Shown here in pieces: positions 12,142 to 22,900 of a DNA stretch of 64,000 bases (positions are counted from its first letter, which is position 1; every line of letters begins with the position of its first letter). Both the position numbers and the translations under genes were made by a program. The notes under the pieces are model-generated. The model saw nothing but the letters and a program-made list of their open reading frames with translations. It did no database searches and had not been told where the DNA came from. The DNA comes from Nemertoderma westbladi. Taxonomy: Eukaryota; Animalia; Xenacoelomorpha. The stretch spans positions 2,866 through 66,865 of the forward strand of contig JAUCBJ010000709.1 in the NCBI GenBank assembly GCA_032718475.1, read 5' to 3'.

Positions 12142-13540
12142 TTTCCACTATCAATGACGAACTACAGAAACTAGACGAATGGCTAAAAGACAACAGACTA
12201 TCATTAAATCTAAAAAAAACAGAATATCTCATTTTCTCAAATAAATTAAAGAATCCCCCCTCAGACACTATCAAGATCAATAATGCAAATATAAACATCA
12301 AAACTGAAACAAAATTTTTAGGCATCTGGATAGATAATAAATTGACCTGGAAAAACCATTGTGCTTACGTCCTAAAAAAAATCTCTAAATCATGCGGTAT
12401 ATTTTATAAAATTAGACACATACTACCACTAAAAGTATTAAAAATGTTATATTTCTCGCTAATCCATCCTTACATATTATATGGTATAATATTGTGGGGA
12501 AGTGCTTATAACAAATATATAAATCCAATCCGTGTCAAAATAAATAAAATAATACGAGCAATAACCTTCAACCACTTCCAAGCTCATTCCATTCCGATCT
12601 ATAAATACCTTAATATCTTGCCAATCGAAAATCTATATAACCTAGAAGTAACAAAACTTATGTGGGACATTTACAATAACAAAAAAAAGCAATTTATAAC
12701 GGCCCTATTTACACAAACTTCAGATATCCACAATTATACAACTCGATCCACTACATCCAAAAACTACTTTATTCCACGTACCAGACTAATATCAACCCAA
12801 AACTCTCTAAAATACAGCGGTGCAATCATATGGAACTCACTAAAAACAGAATTTAAAATGTGCAAATCAAAAAACACACTAGCTAGAAAATTAAAACTTC
12901 ATATGTTAAGTGAACTTTAATTCCAATATAGTTGCGTATCACTATTAAATTATAAAATAAATAAAAATTATCCTAAATTTCGTAACTTCGTAATGCTATC
13001 ACTCCATCGTCATCGTCAACGCTATTTGCATCATGACTAAATAATATATGAACTAACATTTTTTTTCTTTTTTTTTTTTAAAACGTAAACGAAATTTAAA
13101 ATAAAATTAAAATTGCAATTTCGGCACAATACAATACAGTTACTATTATTAGAAAAATAAACTTAAAATAAAATTTAAAACTGAAATTTCGGCACATTAA
13201 AATAAAGTTACTATTATTAGAAAAATTGCACTGATATATGGCATCGCAGAATATACTCAGGATCACTGGCCGACATCACCATAATAACCCAACCGGTGTA
13301 CCACATCACGATTCTCTGAGAAAAAGAAGGTAAGAGGCAAAACTAGCTATGCTACTGCTTTCTCTCCTTTTTTTTTTAACAGAACATAAAACGAATAACG
13401 CACCCCCTAAAACCATATTACATCAGAACAAAACAAAAATTACAAACAAACGTTCACTGGTGCAATGATTTTATAATTAAATATTGTGGTATCCCATTAT
13501 GAGAATAATACACGAGCTCGTTCGAGCTCCATTGATTGAT
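12142..13540 (+). mobile_element. 5'-truncated L2/Crack/Daphne-like (CR1 group) LINE: RT C-terminus and 3' UTR
   Basis: Open frame …DEWLKDNRLSLNLKKTEY…KFLGIWIDNKLTWKNH…LYFSLIHPYILYGIILWG…HNYTTRS…YSGAIIWNSL, stop at 12920. Ends in hairpin GAGCTCG-TT-CGAGCTC and an (ATTG)n-like tail. Clade assigned from motif resemblance. Confidence 0.82.
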
Positions 13541-13577
13541 TGGCTTTGAAATTAATACTCCATATCTCAAGAACCTG

Positions 13578-13630
13578 TGGCCTAGTGGTTGTAGTCTCGG
13601 CTTCCACATCGAGGTCCCAGGTTCGAATCC
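13578..13630 (+). promoter_or_regulatory. tRNA-derived internal Pol III promoter (A and B boxes), repeated in every unit
   Basis: A box 13578-13588, B box 13620-13630; anticodon-like arm CTCGG-CTTCCAC-…CGAG (Gly-TCC-like); no intact acceptor stem. Confidence 0.8.
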
Positions 13631-13633
13631 GAC

Positions 13634-13676
13634 ACCACGCTGATGAGACCCAGTAAGGTCGAAACGCGTACGTGGT
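13634..13676 (+). ncRNA. Minimal type I hammerhead ribozyme (further copies at 14049, 14461, 14872, 15283, 15694)
   Basis: ACCACG-CUGAUGA-GACC(CAGUAA)GGUC-GAAAC-GC-GUA-CGUGGU: stem I ACCACG/CGUGGU, full catalytic core, stem II, palindromic stem III ACGCGU; predicted cleavage after A13670. Confidence 0.92.
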
Positions 13677-16600
13677 TTGGAGAGGTATGAGATATTAATT
13701 TCAAGAAAAATTACGCGATTCTTAAATTTGTACACTACCCGGTTAAAAAGTACGCATGTGATGGGATTAGTCCTACAATTGCGCCAATAAAAGATAAGTT
13801 ATTTTCGGTAAAATAAACTTATCATTCGAGGTTAAGACCCCTAGATCCCTTCCTATAATAATAAATGTATAATAACAAACACCTCGAAAAATACAGCTTG
13901 CCAACACATTGTTACTATCAATAATCAAAAACTCAGGGGCTAATAAAATGGCAGCTGGCTTTGAAATTAATACTCCATATCTCAAGAACCTGTGGCCTAG
14001 TGGTTGTAGTCTCGGCTTCCACCTCGAGGTCCCAGGTTCGAATCCGACACCACGCTGATGAGACCCAGTAAGGTCGAAACGCGTACGTGGTTTGGAGAGA
14101 TATGAGATATTAATTTCAAGAAAAATTACGCGATTCTTAAATTTGTACACTACCCGGTTAAAAAGTACGCATGTGATGGGATTAGTCCTACAATTGCGCC
14201 AATTAAAGATAAGTTATTTTCGGTAAAATAAACTTATCATTCGAGGTAAAGACCCCTAGATCCCTTCCTATATAAAATGTATAATAACAAACACCTCGAA
14301 AAATACAGCTTGCCAACACATTGTTACTATCAATAATCAAAAACTCAGGGGCTAATAAAATGGCAGCTGGCTTTGAAATTAATACTCCATATCTCAAGAA
14401 CCTGTGGCCTAGTGGTTGTAGTCTCGGCTTCCACCTCGAGGTCCCAGGTTCGAATCCGACACCACGCTGATGAGACCCAGTAAGGTCGAAACGCGTACGT
14501 GGTTTGGAGAGATATGAGATATTAATTTCAAGAAAAATTACGCGATTCTTAAATTTGTACACTACCCGGTTAAAAAGTACGCATGTGATGGGATTAGTCC
14601 TACAATTGCGCCAATTAAAGATAAGTTATTTTCGGTAAAATAAACTTATCATTCGAGGTAAAGACCCCTAGATCCCTTCCTATAAAAATGTATAATAACA
14701 AACACCTCGAAAAATACAGCTTGCCAACACATTGTTACTATCAATAATCAAAAACTCAGGGGCTAATAAAATGGCAGCTGGCTTTGAAATTAATACTCCA
14801 TATCTCAAGAACCTGTGGCCTAGTGGTTGTAGTCTCGGCTTCCACCTCGAGGTCCCAGGTTCGAATCCGACACCACGCTGATGAGACCCAGTAAGGTCGA
14901 AACGCGTACGTGGTTTGGAGAGATATGAGATATTAATTTCAAGAAAAATTACGCGATTCTTAAATTTGTACACTACCCGGTTAAAAAGTACGCATGTGAT
15001 GGGATTAGTCCTACAATTGCGCCAATTAAAGATAAGTTATTTTCGGTAAAATAAACTTATCATTCGAGGTAAAGACCCCTAGATCCCTTCCTATAAAAAT
15101 GTATAATAACAAACACCTCGAAAAATACAGCTTGCCAACACATTGTTACTATCAATAATCAAAAACTCAGGGGCTAATAAAATGGCAGCTGGCTTTGAAA
15201 TTAATACTCCATATCTCAAGAACCTGTGGCCTAGTGGTTGTAGTCTCGGCTTCCACCTCGAGGTCCCAGGTTCGAATCCGACACCACGCTGATGAGACCC
15301 AGTAAGGTCGAAACGCGTACGTGGTTTGGAGAGGTATGAGATATTAATTTCAAGAAAAATTACGCGATTCTTAAATTTGTACACTACCCGGTTAAAAAGT
15401 ACGCATGTGATGGGATTAGTCCTACAATTGCGCCAATTAAAGATAAGTTATTTTCGGTAAAATAAACTTATCATTCGAGGTTAAGACCCCTAGATCCCTT
15501 CCTATAAAAATGTATAATAACAAACACCTCGAAAAATACAGCTTGCCAACACATTGTTACTATCAATAATCAAAAACTCAGGGGCTAATAAAATGGCAGC
15601 TGGCTTTGAAATTAATACTCCATATCTCAAGAACCTGTGGCCTAGTGGTTGTAGTCTCGGCTTCCACATCGAGGTCCCAGGTTCGAATCCGACACCACGC
15701 TGATGAGACCCAGTAAGGTCGAAACGCGTACGTGGTTTGGAGAGGTATGAGATATTAATTTCAAGAAAAATTACGCGATTCTTAAATTTGTACACTACCC
15801 GGTTAAAAAGTACGCATGTGATGGGATTAGTCCTACAATTGCGCCAATAAAAGATAAGTTATTTTCGGTAAAATAAACTTATCATTCGAGGTTAAGACCC
15901 CTAGATCCCTATCCAGAGATTTGGTATCCTCTGCAGTTAGAGCCCAGCATGGACTCCCGTAGAGGAGTACTGGAACTACAGCTGCTCTAAATAATCGGAC
16001 CTTAAGTTTTGGTTTTATTCTTTGGGACTTCCAAATCCTGGACAGACTATTTAACGCTGCCCATGCCTCCCCCTTACGTATCTGAAGGTCTTCACCTGAC
16101 TTCCGGATCCATGATCACATGTAACAGAAGTCATCCACGTGCTCAGGTAAGCCATCGCTGGAGGTTGTGCTCATACGGTCAGACATTTCCTGAGGGCAGT
16201 TAAAGTTCACTGTCAAAATTTTAGTTTTCTTGGAGTTTATAAAAAGACCAACACTAGAAGCAACCTGCTCCAATGAGCAGAGGGGCTTTTGGGTTCCCTC
16301 TAGTGAGTCTGACAGTACCCCTAAGTCATCATCAAAGTCTAGATCAGTATGATACTTTGCTGGATTTCCTCTACTATTTGTGCCAGTAGGGGGTGTTACC
16401 ATCACCCCATCTTTATTAAGTTGATCTAAGGACATGAGTAGAACATAATCAACCACAATAATGAATAATAAATGTGCAAGTAAGTGTGTCAACTACAATA
16501 ACTCCCTATAGGACTAAGAGTGGACCTGAGTCATCATCAGGTAAACACACGTATGGCGCCATAGGTGGTCGGGGGACGGAATAGAAGGAATAGAAGGCTT

Positions 16601-16804
16601 TAATGAAGTCAACAAGTGATTCATCTAAGCGATTCATACGTTGATGTTATTTATTTGTAACACAACTAAATTTCTATATATTTTAGGAGTATTGATAATA
16701 TAACTAACTGACTTACTAAAGATATCTTTAGTAGGTCATGATATTATATAATATTTTCAAGCAGTTTAAAGCTGTCTTGTTTATTACTATTGTAATTGTT
16801 TCAG

Positions 16805-16942
16805 CATGCAAAGGGGACTCCTATATATGTGTTCGTTCGCATCATGGTTCTCATCAACATATTCTGCAACCCAATTATCTATTCCGCTCAGCTTAAAAGT
16901 TTCCAGAATCGCGCTAAAAAGATATTTAGCCGAATCAATTAG
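16805..16942 (+). CDS. GPCR coding exon 6 (TM7, helix 8, stop)
   Basis: tttcag|HAKGTPIYVFVRIMVLINIFCNPIIYSAQLKSFQNRAKKIFSRIN* (NPxxY motif). Confidence 0.9.
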   Translation, partial: HAKGTPIYVFVRIMVLINIFCNPIIYSAQLKSFQNRAKKIFSRIN

Positions 16943-17004
16943 ATAAATGGCACCTCATGATATAAAGAAGGTGTAATGAATATACGACGATAAGTTATAT
17001 ATAT

Positions 17005-17530
17005 ATACGAAGGAAAATATTTAATATTTATGGTGAGATATATTTCAGTACTTTTGCGATCAATTACATATATTTAAAATAAAATATTTATTATTTATTG
17101 TGATATATATTTAAGTATTTTTGCGACATAATTAAATATATATATGAAGGAAAATAATTATAATTTATGGTGTTATATATTTCAGTACTTTTGCGATCAA
17201 TTACATATATTTAAAATAAAATATTTATTATTTATTGTGATATATATTTAAGTATTTTTGCGACATAATTAAATATATATATGAAGGAAACTAATTATAA
17301 TTTATGGTGTTATATATTTCAGTACTTTTGCGATCAATTACATATATGTAAAGGAAAATATTTATTATTTATTGTGATATATATTTCAGTATTTCTGAGA
17401 CCTAATCACATATGAATAAAGTTATTTATATTTATTGTGATATATTTATATTGTAGTGTTTTAGCAAACTTATTACATTATTCAAGAAAAGTGTTTATTT
17501 TTTATGGTGATATATTTCAGTATTTTTGCT
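17005..17530. repeat. AT-rich degenerate tandem repeat, 137-bp period
   Basis: CAGTACTTTTGCGATCAATTAC recurs at 17046, 17183 and 17320. Confidence 0.75.
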
Positions 17531-17744
17531 GAAATATGAAACCTTAGTAGCTTTGCGTAACACCAACAATTCTTTGTTTGTCAGTAGTGTCCAGGTATCA
17601 TCCCCGTTTAAAAGTACACTTTCCTCTGTGGTTCGAAAGAACTTATTCTTCAGGTGCCTGGAGAGATCTGACCATTTTTGATAGAGCTACCCACGCCTTT
17701 GCTTTACTAATTTCTATGTCTTTCTATAAATGACCCGTAGGCCT

Positions 17745-17862
17745 ACTGGTACTGTACCGGACCGGTACTGTACCGGACCCGTACTGGTACTGTACCGGAC
17801 CCGTACTGGTACTGAACTGTACCGGACCGGTACTGGTACTGTACTGTACCGGACTGGTACTG

Positions 17863-17897
<35 letters not shown>

Positions 17898-18625
17898 GGT
17901 GAGAATGATAGTATAATAACATAGTTGATACAATGGATTTCAAATTGCACTATTACACCCTATCACCAAATCTGATTTATACAATGAGGTACAGTGATAC
18001 GGATGTAAGGGGGAAATTCAAAACAGGTACTGTACTGTACCGGACCGGTACTGGTACTGTACCGGACCGGACCGGTACTGTACTGTACCGGACCCGTACT
18101 GGTACTGTACCGGACCCGTACTGGTACTGTACTGTACCGGACCGGTACTGTACCGGACCGGACCGGTACTGTACTGTACCGGACCCGTACTGGTACTGTA
18201 CCGGACCCGTACTGGTACTGTACCGGACCCGTACTGTACTGTACCAGACCGGTACTGGTACTGTACTGGACCCGTACTGGTACTGTACCGGACCCGTACT
18301 GGCATTGTACCGGACCGGTACTGGTACTGTACTGTACCGGACCGGTACTGGTACTGTACCGGACAGGACCGGTACTGTACTGTACCGGACCCGTACTGGT
18401 ACTGTACCGGACCCGTACTGGTACTGTACTGTACTGTACAGGACCGGTACTGGTACTGTACCGGACCGGACCGGTACTGTACTGTACCAGACCCGTACTG
18501 GTACTGTACAGGACCCGTACTGGTACTGTACTGTACCGGACCTGTACTGGTACTGTACTGTACCGGACCCGTACTGGTACTGTACCGGACCGGTACTGGT
18601 ACTGTACTGTACCGGACTGGTACTG
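17745..18625. repeat. GTAC/CCGG-built complex microsatellite in two blocks (17745-17865 and 18026-18625)
   Basis: Permutations of GTACTG, GTACCGGACC and CGTACTGG. Confidence 0.92.
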
Positions 18626-18770
18626 AATAAGCATGGTGGACAGCCCATGACTTTCTTGAGACGCAACTTAAAGGACATTGGCCTTGAAGATGCGGATGAT
18701 CTAGCAAATGTCATGGGTGGCAGAGAGTTGTGGCAGCGCAATTTTGTCGACAAGACGGCACAGCATCTAA
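18625..18770 (+). mobile_element. RTE LINE 3'-end fragment
   Basis: Matches the reverse complement of positions 1-148 (…GGQPMTFLRRNLKD…WQRNFVDK). Confidence 0.85.
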
Positions 18771-19935
18771 ATATATGTGTAATATATATTATGCATCTGC
18801 AATGTAGCATGCCAATAGTAGTAGTAGTGCTGACACCTTTTATTTTAACTTTCCGCCAACTGAAGCAATTCTTAATGGCTCATCTTTCTTTGCTCCACAT
18901 AATAAATATGCATATCTCTTCACAAACCACATTCGGGCAAGTTTTCCTTTAAGAGTAGGAATATGTTCGTCACCATCCATTTCCATCAAGTCATAATAAT
19001 AATAATAGGCAAATGCAAGTGATAGTTTCGACGCAATCAAAATTGATCCCTCTCCAGGGTGAAAATCGACGCAAATAACACCTGTTTACTCTCAAAAATT
19101 AAATTTCAATCTGTTCTGTTGAGATTCGTTTATTGTTTTAGTTGGAATAACGTGCCACTGTAAACTGCTCCTTTCCCTAAATTGATAATTTAACATTGAG
19201 ACAAAATAATTCGCCGAAATGGGATTTGCCCCCCCCCCCCCCGCCCAACCCCTGTCTCGACGGTGCATAGTGTGATGTACCTGCCTGCTGCAAAACAAAT
19301 ATCTCAGCAGCATTTAGAGTGAGTTAACTATTAACTGTAGGTTTCGATAAACGCCTGAGATTCTTTAAAATTCATATTTGTATTAAACAATATACCGGTA
19401 CCCCAAAATCACGATAGGATGCTGACTAACAGTCGAAGGTTATAGCTATGCGACGTGTGTCACATTTAATTGTTGCGGTCTGTTGCTATGGTAACGTGGA
19501 CTGTAAATGTCACCCAAGTGTGTACAATATGACGGGAAGTATCACCATGCTACTGAGCTGTAGTGATATTTTTAAATAATTACTTAAATTAAATTAATTA
19601 AATAATAATTTTTAAAAATAGTTACAAATATTGGAACAAATAGTTGAGTAAAGGTACACGAATTCTCCACTTCTTAAACTTAATATTTTGTTACTTGTGT
19701 AAATTACTCTGGTCCAAATAATGGGCCTGTTTCTGCGACATTAGACTCTATTTGATTTTATATTGCCCTTGATATGTTCCCGAGATGTTATTTAAGTTGT
19801 GTGATGGGTTTTTAATTCTTAAAACTGTTTGTTGATTTTCTCAGGAAAAGGAAAGGTGAGACAAAGAAATTAATAATTTAAATTTCATAAATCTGTTGCT
19901 AAAACGGTTACTAGGGCCGGGTTGGCGGACTAAAA

Positions 19936-22900
19936 GGGATATCTGCTGCTTCTACCTTATTGGAAGGCAGCAAGGCAGGACGATATCGTTGGCTAAGTCG
20001 GTGTCTGTGATTGTATGAGCGGGATATCTGCTGCTTCTACCTTATTGGAAGGCAGCAAGGCAGGACGATATCATCGGCTAAGTCGGTGTCTGTGATTGTA
20101 TGAGCGGGATATCTGCTGCTTCTACCTTATTGGAAGGCAGCAAGGCAGGACGATATCATTGGCTAAGTCGGTGTCTGTGATTGTATGAGCGGGATATCTG
20201 CTGCTTCTACCTTATTGGAAGGCAGCAAGGCAGGACGATATCATCGGCTAAGTCGGTGTCTGTGATTGTATGAGCGGGATATCTGCTGCTTCTACCTTAT
20301 TGGAAGGCAGCAAGGCAGGACGATATCGTCGGCTAAGTCGGTGTCTGTGATTGTATGAGCGGGATATCTGCTGCTTCTACCTTATTGGAAGGCAGCAAGG
20401 CAGGACGATATCGTTGGCTAAGTCGGTGTCTGTGATTGTATGAGCGGGATATCTGCTGCTTCTACCTTATTGGAAGGCAGCAAGGCAGGACGATATCGTT
20501 GGCTAAGTCGGTGTCTGTGATTGTATGAGCGGGATATCTGCTGCTTCTACCTTATTGGAAGGCAGCAAGGCAGGACGATATCGTTGGCTAAGTCGGTGTT
20601 TGTGATTGTATGAGCGGGATATCTGCTGCTTCTACCTTATTGGAAGGCAGCAAGGCAGGACGATATCGTTGGCTAAGTCGGTGTCTGTGATTGTATGAGC
20701 GGGATATCTGCTGCTTCTACCTTATTGGAAGGCAGCAAGGCAGGACGATATCGTTGGCTAAGTCGGTGTCTGTGATTGTATGAGCGGGATATCTGCTGCT
20801 TCTACCTTATTGGAAGGCAGCAAGGCAGGACGATATCGTTGGCTAAGTCGGTGTCTGTGATTGTATGAGCGGGATATCTGCTGCTTCTACCTTATTGGAA
20901 GGCAGCAAGGCAGGACGATATCGTTGGCTAAGTCGGTGTCTGTGATTGTATGAGCGGGATATCTGCTGCTTCTACCTTATTGGAAGGCAGCAAGGCAGGA
21001 CGATATCGTTGGCTAAGTCGGTGTCTGTGATTGTATGAGCGGGATATCTGCTGCTTCTACCTTATTGGAAGGCAGCAAGGCAGGACGATATCGTTGGCTA
21101 AGTCGGTGTCTGTGATTGTATGAGCGGGATATCTGCTGCTTCTACCTTATTGGAAGGCAGCAAGGCAGGACGATATCGTTGGCTAAGTCGGTGTCTGTGA
21201 TTGTATGAGCGGGATATCTGCTGCTTCTACCTTATTGGAAGGCAGCAAGGCAGGACGATATCGTTGGCTAAGTCGGTGTCTGTGATTGTATGAGCGGGAT
21301 ATCTGCTGCTTCTACCTTATTGGAAGGCAGCAAGGCAGGACGATATCGTTGGCTAAGTCGGTGTCTGTGATTGTATGAGCGGGATATCTGCTGCTTCTAC
21401 CTTATTGGAAGGCAGCAAGGCAGGACGATATCGTTGGCTAAGTCGGTGTCTGTGATTGTATGAGCGGGATATCTGCTGCTTCTACCTTATTGGAAGGCAG
21501 CAAGGCAGGACGATATCGTTGGCTAAGTCGGTGTCTGTGATTGTATGAGCGGGATATCTGCTGCTTCTACCTTATTGGAAGGCAGCAAGGCAGGACGATA
21601 TCGTTGGCTAAGTCGGTGTCTGTGATTGTATGAGCGGGATATCTGCTGCTTCTACCTTATTGGAAGGCAGCAAGGCAGGACGATATCGTTGGCTAAGTCG
21701 GTGTCTGTGATTGTATGAGCGGGATATCTGCTGCTTCTACCTTATTGGAAGGCAGCAAGGCAGGACGATATCGTTGGCTAAGTCGGTGTCTGTGATTGTA
21801 TGAGCGGGATATCTGCTGCTTCTACCTTATTGGAAGGCAGCAAGGCAGGACGATATCGTTGGCTAAGTCGGTGTCTGTGATTGTATGAGCGGGATATCTG
21901 CTGCTTCTACCTTATTGGAAGGCAGCAAGGCAGGACGATATCGTTGGCTAAGTCGGTGTCTGTGATTGTATGAGCGGGATATCTGTTGCTTCTACCTTAT
22001 TGGAAGGCAGCAAGGCAGGACGATATCGTTGGCTAAGTCGGTGTCTGTGATTGTATGAGCGGGATATCTGCTGCTTCTACCTTATTGGAAGGCAGCAAGG
22101 CAGGACGATATCGTTGGCTAAGTCGGTGTCTGTGATTGTATGAGCGGGATATCTGCTGCTTCTACCTTATTGGAAGGCAGCAAGGCAGGACGATATCGTT
22201 GGCTAAGTCGGTGTCTGTGATTGTATGAGCGGGATATCTGCTGCTTCTACCTTATTGGAAGGCAGCAAGGCAGGACGATATCGTTGGCTAAGTCGGTGTC
22301 TGTGATTGTATGAGCGGGATATCTGCTGCTTCTACCTTATTGGAAGGCAGCAAGGCAGGACGATATCGTTGGCTAAGTCGGTGTCTGTGATTGTATGAGC
22401 GGGATATCTGCTGCTTCTACCTTATTGGAAGGCAGCAAGGCAGGACGATATCGTTGGCTAAGTCGGTGTCTGTGATTGTATGAGCGGGATATCTGTTGCT
22501 TCTACCTTATTGGAAGGCAGCAAGGCAGGACGATATCGTTGGCTAAGTCGGTGTCTGTGATTGTATGAGCGGGATATCTGCTGCTTCTACCTTATTGGAA
22601 GGCAGCAAGGCAGGACGATATCGTTGGCTAAGTCGGTGTCTGTGATTGTATGAGCGGGATATCTGCTGCTTCTACCTTATTGGAAGGCAGCAAGGCAGGA
22701 CGATATCGTTGGCTAAGTCGGTGTCTGTGATTGTATGAGCGGGATATCTGCTGCTTCTACCTTATTGGAAGGCAGCAAGGCAGGACGATATCGTTGGCTA
22801 AGTCGGTGTCTGTGATTGTATGAGCGGGATATCTGCTGCTTCTACCTTATTGGAAGGCAGCAAGGCAGGACGATATCGTTGGCTAAGTCGGTGTTTGTGA

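Larger units (their letters stand above)
13541..15910 (+). mobile_element. Retrozyme-like tandem array: about 5.75 units of 411-415 bp, each with a tRNA-like Pol III head and a hammerhead ribozyme
   Basis: Units start at 13541, 13956, 14368, 14779, 15190 and 15601. Each has A box TGGCCTAGTGG, B box GGTTCGAATCC and a hammerhead core. Confidence 0.9.
11825..16492 (-). mobile_element. Second RTE LINE fragment (RT 3' part), split by the 11952-15910 composite insertion
   Basis: About 11890-11951 and 15911-16490 are collinear with the uninterrupted RTE copy at about 310-930. Outer boundaries are approximate. Confidence 0.88.

Noticed and set aside
12142-12920. Penelope ORF as the partner of the hammerhead array
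   Set aside because: The peptide has CR1/L2-group C-terminal motifs and no GIY-YIG endonuclease, so it is not a Penelope protein.
13571-13640. Functional tRNA-Gly gene cluster
   Set aside because: A and B boxes are present, but the acceptor stem is absent and the 3' side is replaced by hammerhead stem I.
13454-15795. Six repeated minus-strand ORFs (MYKFKNRVIF…)
   Set aside because: They are antisense readings of the tRNA/hammerhead repeat with non-ATG starts and lengths that vary with indels.
17714-18952. Long overlapping ORFs on both strands (up to 339 aa)
   Set aside because: They come from a stop-free microsatellite plus an RTE tail. The same applies to ORFs at 6567-7968, 9456-10192, 24627-24972 and 30177-30518.
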